This document shows, piece by piece, positions 57,397 to 64,000 of a stretch of DNA of 64,000 nucleotides. Location: assembly GCA_044344255.1 (NCBI GenBank), contig JBIJDH010000021.1, positions 32,001 through 96,000 of the forward strand. The letters are read 5' to 3'. A program made the translations under genes and the position numbers. Every line of letters starts with the position of its first letter. Position 1 is the first letter of the stretch. Source of the DNA: Myxococcota bacterium (GTDB lineage: Bacteria > Myxococcota_A > UBA796 > UBA2385). The notes beneath the pieces were generated by a model. It was not told the origin of the DNA. It saw nothing but the letters and a program-made list of their open reading frames with translations, and ran no database searches.

Positions 57397-58419
57397 TCAG
57401 ACCCCGTGGCAGAGCCCAGCGGGCAGGTGCCCGGTGAGCAGACAGTGGAGGTGATCCACACAGGCGAGGATCACCGCCACCGCCGTCGCTCCCATCAGCC
57501 GGCGAAAGGTACGCCGAACCGCGCTCGGCTCGGGCGCCGCCGCGGCGAGGCACCATGGGAGGAGGAGCAGCGCCGGTAGCGTGAGGCGGGGCACGTATTC
57601 GACGAAGGCCAGCCCGCTGTAGAGCAGCGCCGAGAACCCGAAGCTGAGCCGGGCGGCGTGGACGCAGGCTCGCGCGCCGTGGGTGACCACGAGGGTCCGG
57701 TACCCCCGCGCGCGGTCCTCGGCCTCCTGGAAGGACTGCGCGAGGAACGTGAGCCCGAGCAGCCCGAAGGCCAGGACCAGCCCCATCACCGGGGTGCGCG
57801 GCTGGTAGGGCCAGCCCACGATGATGAAGCCGGCGAGCGGCGTGAGCAGCCCGTAGCCCACGAAGTTGACGAGCGGACCGAGGAGGGGGTGGCCCTTCCA
57901 GGCGGTGCGGGGGTGCGAGTAGAACAAGGCCAGCAGCGCGTTGCCGGCGGCCGCGGTCGCCGCGACCGGGTGGACGCAGAGCGCCAGGAGGGGGGCGATC
58001 GCGAGCGCGACGAGGCCGGCGGTCGTGGCCTCCTTCGGCACCGGCACCGAGCGACCGAAGAGCACGGGGCCGTCGTCCTGATCGAGGGCGGCGTTGAGCC
58101 AGAGGGATCCTGCGTGGAGGGCGGCCCAGGCGCCCAGCAGCAGCACGAAGCCGCCGGGGGCCTTGAGGTCGAGGCCGCCGCACCAGTGCGCCCAGGCGTA
58201 GCCGAGGCCGAGCAGGATCCAGAGCCAGGGCAACATCCGCGGCCGGGCGAGCGTCATCAGGCGCCGCGCCTTGTCCTGGGCGGAGCCGGGTTCGGGGCCC
58301 GGCGCGGCGGGGCGGGGGGCGGGCTTGGTCAGGGTCAGGGTGGCTCCGACGCGGAGCTTATCCGCCCTGGAGGACGGGTCGCGGCGCTCACCCTGTCCGG
58401 GCTGGGCGACGGTGTACAC
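57397..58419 (-). CDS. UbiA prenyltransferase family membrane protein (true start may be 58257)
   Basis: LARP, LNAALDQDD, YSHPRTAWK, AEDRARGYRTL; multiple TM segments. Confidence 0.78.
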   Translation of the reverse strand: MYTVAQPGQGERRDPSSRADKLRVGATLTLTKPAPRPAAPGPEPGSAQDKARRLMTLARPRMLPWLWILLGLGYAWAHWCGGLDLKAPGGFVLLLGAWAALHAGSLWLNAALDQDDGPVLFGRSVPVPKEATTAGLVALAIAPLLALCVHPVAATAAAGNALLALFYSHPRTAWKGHPLLGPLVNFVGYGLLTPLAGFIIVGWPYQPRTPVMGLVLAFGLLGLTFLAQSFQEAEDRARGYRTLVVTHGARACVHAARLSFGFSALLYSGLAFVEYVPRLTLPALLLLPWCLAAAAPEPSAVRRTFRRLMGATAVAVILACVDHLHCLLTGHLPAGLCHGV

Positions 58420-58483
58420 TCCGTTCTACACCCCCCTCCCCGGAGAGGGGCCTCCCCGCTATGCGGGCGGGCCAGGTCCCCCT

Positions 58484-58499
58484 TGGCACCCTCCTTGCT
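58484..58499 (+). promoter_or_regulatory. Sigma54 promoter upstream of the algFIJX module
   Basis: TGGCACC-CTCC-TTGCT. Confidence 0.7.
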
Positions 58500-58571
58500 C
58501 GGTGGGTCGTGTTCCGTCCGATCGATGTCTCGGGACCCCTCACCGCTGGAGGGGCCCGCGCTGGAGGCGCC

Positions 58572-59195
58572 TTGGGAACCCTGTCGCTCGCCCTGCTCTC
58601 GCTGCTGAAGATCGCCGCTGCGCAGGACGAGGCCCTCTACGCCGCCGCCCCGCCGCCGGGCTCGGCCTTCGTGCGGGTCGTGGCCACCACCCGGCAGGGG
58701 TCCGTGAAGCTGGGCGCGACCGACCTCGGCGCTCTCGCCCCCGGCGGCGCCTCTGCCTACCGGCCCCGCCCCGCTGGCTCGGGGCCGGTGGTCTCCGGCG
58801 CGCTGCAGTGCAACTACACTGCCGAGGCGGGCCAGTATTACACCGTGGTGCTCCCGGCGGCGGGCAGCTCGACCACCTGCACCACCCTGCACGATCCGGC
58901 GCCCCCGAGCCGCTCCAAGGCCGGCCTCGTCCTCTACAACCTGAGCCGGTCCGGGCCCCTCACCCTCGAGACCGCCGACGGCGCCGTGAAGGTGATCGAG
59001 GCCCTCGGCGCGGGCGCCCTCGCCGACCGCGCGGTCAACGCGCTGCCGGTGACGCTGCGGGTCTCCCGGCCCCAGGGGCCGCCTCTCCCCCTCCCCGAGC
59101 TCTCCCTGCGTCGCGGCGGGGTGTGGAGCGTCTTCGTGCGGGAGGAGGGCAACGGGCTCTCGGTCTCCGTCGTCGAAAACACCACCGGCGCCTGA
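58572..59195 (+). CDS. algF: Alginate O-acetylation protein AlgF-like
   Basis: LYAAAPPPGSAFVRVV...KAGLVLYNLS...RAVNA; TTG start after GGAGG gives a signal peptide. Confidence 0.82.
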   Translation: MGTLSLALLSLLKIAAAQDEALYAAAPPPGSAFVRVVATTRQGSVKLGATDLGALAPGGASAYRPRPAGSGPVVSGALQCNYTAEAGQYYTVVLPAAGSSTTCTTLHDPAPPSRSKAGLVLYNLSRSGPLTLETADGAVKVIEALGAGALADRAVNALPVTLRVSRPQGPPLPLPELSLRRGGVWSVFVREEGNGLSVSVVENTTGA

Positions 59196-59196
59196 C

Positions 59197-60579
59197 GTGG
59201 TCTTCTCCTCTTCGATCTTTCTCTTTGTATTTCTCCCGCTCTTTCTGTCTGTCTACTATGTCGTCCCAGCGCGGCTGCGCACCCTCGTCATCCTGCTGGG
59301 CTCCTACGTCTTCTTCGGCTGGTGGCGGTACGACTTCCTCTTCCTTCTCATCGGGGTCACCACCTGGAGCTGGGCCTGGAGCCACGCCGTCGCCCGCGCC
59401 CCGTCGCCGGCCTTGAAGCGGCTCGCGCTCACCATCGGCGTGGTGGGTGACCTCGGCGTGCTGGCCGGCTTCAAGTACACCTCCTTCGTGATGGGTAACC
59501 TCGCCGGGCTGGCGGTCACCCTCGGCCTCGAGCCCCCGCCGGTGCCGTCGGTGTTGCTGCCCGTAGGGATCTCCTTCTACACCTTTCAGGCGCTGAGCTA
59601 CCTCGTCGACGTCTATCGGGGAGACGCGGTGGCGGAGCGGAGTCCGCTCAACTTCTCTGCCTTTATCGTTGTGTTTCCGCAGCTCATCGCCGGGCCGGTG
59701 CTCCGCTACAAAGACGTGGCCGATCAGTTCCACTCCCGGCCGCACAGCTTCGCCCTCTTCAGCGAGGGGGCTGAGCGCTTCATGCTCGGCTTCTGCATGA
59801 AGGTCCTGGTGGCCGATCCCATCGCCCCGCTCGTCACCACCCTCTTCGAGCGGAGCGCACCGACCCTCGCCGAGAGCTGGCTGGGCGTCACCGCCTACAC
59901 GGTACAGCTCTACTTTGACTTCGCGGGCTACAGCCACATGGCGGTGGGCCTCGGCCTCCTCATCGGCTTCCGGTTCATGGAGAACTTCGATCAGCCCTAC
60001 ATCTCCAGCAGCATCACCGAGTTCTGGCGCCGCTGGCACATCTCCCTGTCCACCTGGCTCCGCGACTATCTGTACGTGCCGCTCGGCGGGAATCGACGCG
60101 GAGAGCGGAGGACCTACCTGAACTTGATGGCGACGATGGTGCTCGGCGGCCTCTGGCACGGCGCCGCCTGGACCTTCCTCGCCTGGGGCCTCTGGCACGG
60201 GGTGTGGCTGAGCTTGGAGCGGCATAACCGCCACCGGCTCCCCACCGGGCCGCTGGCCGTCGCCCGCACGATGCTGGTGGTGATGGTGGGTTGGGTGCTC
60301 TTTCGTTCGACAGACCTCCCCTCCGCGGGCCGCTTCTTCGCCGGGATGGTGGGGCTCCATGGCGTTGGCCTGAGCGGGGACGTCGCCTGGCGGATCGCCC
60401 CGCTCTCCGTGGTGATGGTGCTCGTCGGCCTGGCTGTGGTTTATGTCCCGGGGCGGGTCCGGCTGGAGCGGCTCCCGCTGGCCCGCTTCGTGCCGGTCCT
60501 GGTCTCGCTCGGCTTCGTCGTCGCGGTGCTGCGCCTGACCGCGATGAGCCACTCCCCCTTCCTGTATTTTCAGTTCTGA
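59197..60579 (+). CDS. algI: MBOAT O-acyltransferase AlgI-like
   Basis: MVFSSSIFLFVFLP, LPVGISFYTFQ, FDFAGYS, FWRRWHISLSTWLRDYLY, GLWHGA, PFLYFQF. Confidence 0.93.
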   Translation: MVFSSSIFLFVFLPLFLSVYYVVPARLRTLVILLGSYVFFGWWRYDFLFLLIGVTTWSWAWSHAVARAPSPALKRLALTIGVVGDLGVLAGFKYTSFVMGNLAGLAVTLGLEPPPVPSVLLPVGISFYTFQALSYLVDVYRGDAVAERSPLNFSAFIVVFPQLIAGPVLRYKDVADQFHSRPHSFALFSEGAERFMLGFCMKVLVADPIAPLVTTLFERSAPTLAESWLGVTAYTVQLYFDFAGYSHMAVGLGLLIGFRFMENFDQPYISSSITEFWRRWHISLSTWLRDYLYVPLGGNRRGERRTYLNLMATMVLGGLWHGAAWTFLAWGLWHGVWLSLERHNRHRLPTGPLAVARTMLVVMVGWVLFRSTDLPSAGRFFAGMVGLHGVGLSGDVAWRIAPLSVVMVLVGLAVVYVPGRVRLERLPLARFVPVLVSLGFVVAVLRLTAMSHSPFLYFQF

Positions 60580-60585
60580 GCCGGG

Positions 60586-61701
60586 ATGGACCGCGATGAG
60601 CTCCCAGGGGCGAACATGATGGAGACGAGCGGGGGCGCTCCCAGTGCCTCGTGGGTCGAGCGGGCCCCGGGGTTCGTGCTGATCGGGATCCTCGGCAGCG
60701 CCCTCTGGACCCTCCGGGGCCTGCCGGCCGCGCTGGAGGCCCCCACCGCGGCGACCCTGCTCGACGGGCGCTACACCGCGGCGACCGCGGCCACCGTCGA
60801 CCGGGAGCTCTCCTTCCGCGAGGAGTCCGTGGCGCTCTGGGCCGCCGCCGAGCTCGCCCTCTTCGGGGTGGGCCGCCCGGGCGTCGTCGTCGGCCGGGAG
60901 GGGTGGCTGTTCTCCACCGAAGAGCTGGAGCCCGGTGCCCCGAACGCGCCCCTGATCCTCGACCTCGCCCAGCGCGCCTCGGCGCGGCTCCGGGCAGAGG
61001 GCGGGAGCCTCGTGGTGGTGGTGCTCCCCGACAAGCTCCGGGTCGAGGCCGCGCAGGCCGGGCGCTTCGGCAGCCCGCCGGAGAACGCCGGTCGCGCCGC
61101 CGCGCTCCGGGCCGCGCTCACGGCCGCAGAGATCCGCGCCCCCGATGTGGAGGGGGCGTTGGTCGCCGCCCACGGGGGGAGCGGCGGTCCGCTCTACTTC
61201 CGCACCGACACCCACTGGACGCCCGTGGGGGCGCAGGTGGCCGCGGGCGCCATCGCCGCCGCCGTGCCGGAGCTCCGGGGGCTGGCCCGCTTCACCGTGG
61301 AGATGGCGCCCGAGGAGGCTTACGCGGGAGACCTCCTCCGCTTCCTGCCCCTCGGGCCCTTCGTCGCCCTCGGCCCCTCCCCGGACCGCCTCGCCCAGCC
61401 CACCACCCGCCGCGTCGCCGCCCCGGCCTCCGCCGCCGACCTCTTCGGTGAGGTGGAGCTGCCGATCACGCTGATCGGCACGTCCTACTCGGCGAACCCG
61501 CGCTGGGACTTCCCCGGCGCCCTCTCCCGCGCCTTCGGGCTCGAGGTCTTGGACCTCTCGGTGGAGGGGGAGGGGCCGATCGCCCCGATGCGGGCCTGGC
61601 TCTCCGCCCCGCTGGAGGGCGGCGCGCCGGCCCTGGTCATCTGGGAGGTGCCGGAGCGGTACCTCGCCGTGGCGCTCCCTCAGCCGAAGGCGGGGGCCTG
61701 A
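60586..61701 (+). CDS. algJ: AlgJ-like SGNH O-acetyltransferase
   Basis: GVVVGREGWLF, TDTHWTP, GTSYS, WEVPERY. Confidence 0.88.
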   Translation: MDRDELPGANMMETSGGAPSASWVERAPGFVLIGILGSALWTLRGLPAALEAPTAATLLDGRYTAATAATVDRELSFREESVALWAAAELALFGVGRPGVVVGREGWLFSTEELEPGAPNAPLILDLAQRASARLRAEGGSLVVVVLPDKLRVEAAQAGRFGSPPENAGRAAALRAALTAAEIRAPDVEGALVAAHGGSGGPLYFRTDTHWTPVGAQVAAGAIAAAVPELRGLARFTVEMAPEEAYAGDLLRFLPLGPFVALGPSPDRLAQPTTRRVAAPASAADLFGEVELPITLIGTSYSANPRWDFPGALSRAFGLEVLDLSVEGEGPIAPMRAWLSAPLEGGAPALVIWEVPERYLAVALPQPKAGA

Positions 61702-61702
61702 C

Positions 61703-63100
61703 ATGTCCCGCCTCCGCGCCGCGCGCGCGCGCGCTGTCACCGTCCCTGTCGTCGTCGCCGTGCTCGTCGTGCTCTTCGGGCTCGGGCTCGGGCCTGGACT
61801 CGCCGGCCGCTCCGGCTGGGCGGCCGCCCCGGCCCTCGCGGAGTCACCGCCCTTCGTGGTCTGTCCGGCCGCGATGGACCCTGCTCGGACCTCCGCCGGC
61901 ATCGGCGGCCTCTTCGGGGGGAAGGACGGTTGGATCTTCCGCGGCGACGCGGACCTCCACCCCACCTTCCGCACAGACGACCTCGCCCTCGAGAGCCTCC
62001 GCCGCTTCACGGTCGCGCTGCGGCGCCGGGGCACCACCCTCGTGCTGGTGCTGCTGCCCCCGCGCGGGCTCCTCGCCCCCGAGGTCGTCGATCCCGGCGC
62101 GCCCTTCGACCTCGTCGCCGCGCGCGCGAGCTGGGAGGCCGCGCTGCAGCGGGTCCGCTCGACCGGCGTCATCGTCCCCGACATCCGCGCCGCCCAGGAG
62201 GCCCAGGGGTCCGCGGAGGCCTGGTTTCACCGCGACCACCACTGGACCAGCCTCGGCGCACGCCTCGCCGCCGAGGCCGTGGCCGCCGCGGTGGCTCCGG
62301 ACACCCTCGGGCTCCCGCGGTCCACCTTCGAGACCACCGAGGGCCCGCCCTATCCGCAGGAGGGCAGCCTCCGAAAGAAGGTCGAGGAGCTCTGCGGCCC
62401 CTCCGGCTGGCCGGGCGACAGCTACCGCACCTTCCACACCCGCTCGACCGCCGCCGCGGACCTCCTCGGCGAGAGCTTCCCCGCCGTGGTCGTCGTCGGC
62501 ACCAGCAACGCCAACAAGAACGACCGCGACCTCTTCAACTTCGGAGGGTGGCTCTCGGAGGCCCTCCACACCGAGGTCGCCAATTGGGGCGTCGACGGGG
62601 GCGGCCCCGAGACCTCGCTCCAGGGATACCTCGACACCGAGGAGGCCCGCGCCCACCCGCCGAAGCTCCTGATCTGGGAGATCCCCGGCCATGTCTCGGT
62701 CGAGGTCGAGAGCCGCTACCGGGAGGCCCTGGCCACCCTCGAGGGCCCCTGCACCGACGCGGAGGCCCTGGCCCTCGGCGGGGGGGCGGTCGATGCCGCG
62801 GGCGTGGAGCTCCTCCCCCCGGACACGAAGCTCCAGGCCGCGGGCGGGCGGATCACCCTCGAGGCCAGCGACCTCGCGTTCTTGGAGTTCAACCTCAACC
62901 TTCGGTACGACCGGAAGGCGCGACAGGGCACCGAGGACCGCTTCCCCGTCCGCCGCTCGCCGCGCCAGCAGAACAACGGCCGCTACTTCGTCGGCCTCGA
63001 CGTGCCCGACGGCGCCTCGCTCGTCGGGGTCCGTCTCGTGCCGAAGGGCCCAGGCGGCGGCACGGTGAAGCTGAGGGTGTGCCCGGCGCCGAAGGGCTGA
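61703..63100 (+). CDS. algX: AlgX-like O-acetyltransferase with C-terminal CBM-like domain
   Basis: GKDGWIFR, DHHWTS, GTSN, PKLLIWEIP, extra C-terminal beta domain. Confidence 0.85.
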   Translation: MSRLRAARARAVTVPVVVAVLVVLFGLGLGPGLAGRSGWAAAPALAESPPFVVCPAAMDPARTSAGIGGLFGGKDGWIFRGDADLHPTFRTDDLALESLRRFTVALRRRGTTLVLVLLPPRGLLAPEVVDPGAPFDLVAARASWEAALQRVRSTGVIVPDIRAAQEAQGSAEAWFHRDHHWTSLGARLAAEAVAAAVAPDTLGLPRSTFETTEGPPYPQEGSLRKKVEELCGPSGWPGDSYRTFHTRSTAAADLLGESFPAVVVVGTSNANKNDRDLFNFGGWLSEALHTEVANWGVDGGGPETSLQGYLDTEEARAHPPKLLIWEIPGHVSVEVESRYREALATLEGPCTDAEALALGGGAVDAAGVELLPPDTKLQAAGGRITLEASDLAFLEFNLNLRYDRKARQGTEDRFPVRRSPRQQNNGRYFVGLDVPDGASLVGVRLVPKGPGGGTVKLRVCPAPKG

Positions 63101-63163
63101 GCGCCGGGAGGACAGGGGAGGGAGCATGCTGTCCGACTCCGCCGGAGGAGGGGAGGGCTCATC

Positions 63164-64000
63164 TCACTCCGGCCCGCCGAAGACGACATACGCCGCGCCG
63201 GCCCACTCTCCATAGGTGCGGTCACCCGCCGCGCCGATCAGCAGATCATCCGCACCGTCCCCGTCCAGGTCGGGGCAGCCTGCCACACGGCCCGCTGCAG
63301 CACCTGGTGCCTCTCCCTGCAGGGTGGCGTCCGCCGAGCCGCGATCCACGGTCCCGCTAAATCCGTCGTAGAAGATATAGATCTCACCGGGGTATCCGTC
63401 CAAAAAGGACCCCACCACGACATCGTCGAGCCCGTCCGCGTCGATGTCGGCATCGACTGATACACTCGATCCAACCTCGTCGAAGGCTGTGTCCCCATAG
63501 ACCACACCATCCGCTTCACTCACCGTTTGAACACCGGTTGCTATCGGGCCGCGAAAGAGCGCCGCCGCGCCCATGTACTCGCCGGAGCTCGCCTCACCCA
63601 GAGCGCCGACCAGAAGGTCATCATGGCCATCCCCGTCGGTGTCTCCACCACAAGAGAGGGAGTATCCCGTGGTGCCAGACCTCTCGTCAGCGCCTTCGAT
63701 GCGCGCGTCAGCGTCGATCAGCGTCCCCTCCCAGTCCGACATGCGCAGGTCGCCGGAGAACGGGCCATCCATCAGATACACGAGGCCCCAGGTCATGAAG
63801 TCCCTGCGGCTCTCCGCCCCCAGGGAAGGCGCGCCGATCGCGAGGTCGGCCTCGCCGTCCCCGTTGAGGTCACCGCTGCAGAGGGCCCAGCCGAAGTTGC
63901 CATACTCGTGGCCCACATCTGGCTGAAAGGAGGCGACGGCGGAGTGAGTGCGCTCGCTGCTCTCCAGGGGGCCCTCGAAGATGTACACCGCACCGACATC
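63164..64000 (-). CDS. FG-GAP/integrin-alpha repeat protein (5' end outside the window)
   Basis: GDLNGDGEADLAIGAP, DTDGDGHDDLLVGA, DLDGDGADDLLIGA. Confidence 0.9.
   Translation of the reverse strand, partial: DVGAVYIFEGPLESSERTHSAVASFQPDVGHEYGNFGWALCSGDLNGDGEADLAIGAPSLGAESRRDFMTWGLVYLMDGPFSGDLRMSDWEGTLIDADARIEGADERSGTTGYSLSCGGDTDGDGHDDLLVGALGEASSGEYMGAAALFRGPIATGVQTVSEADGVVYGDTAFDEVGSSVSVDADIDADGLDDVVVGSFLDGYPGEIYIFYDGFSGTVDRGSADATLQGEAPGAAAGRVAGCPDLDGDGADDLLIGAAGDRTYGEWAGAAYVVFGGPE

Overview
High-GC (roughly 70% by eye) bacterial chromosomal window. It is probably Myxococcota-like, judging from a MYXO-CTERM-like tail, Asp-Ala-linker lipoproteins, a Ser/Thr kinase and sigma54 promoters. It encodes tandem isocitrate/isopropylmalate dehydrogenase paralogs, YceI, a CotH kinase, an alpha-2-macroglobulin locus with a duplicated 3' end flanking a lower-GC cassette, an SDR, a B12 radical SAM enzyme and a C39 peptidase. 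It also encodes a ~2500-aa Ig-repeat lipoprotein split by one in-frame TAG, a cNMP-patatin-C25-like fusion, a DEAD-box helicase, a kinase-CHASE2/FecR/RCC1 unit, pyrimidine catabolism genes, an orphan adenine methylase, a macro-domain gene and an algF-I-J-X O-acetylation module. The standout is a ~1.35 kb gene-free interval (46210-47559). It has a consensus sigma54 promoter, an intrinsic terminator, nested long-range helices joining its 5' and 3' ends, many GNRA hairpins and recurring internal motifs. I read it as a candidate large structured noncoding RNA that I cannot assign to any family I recognise.
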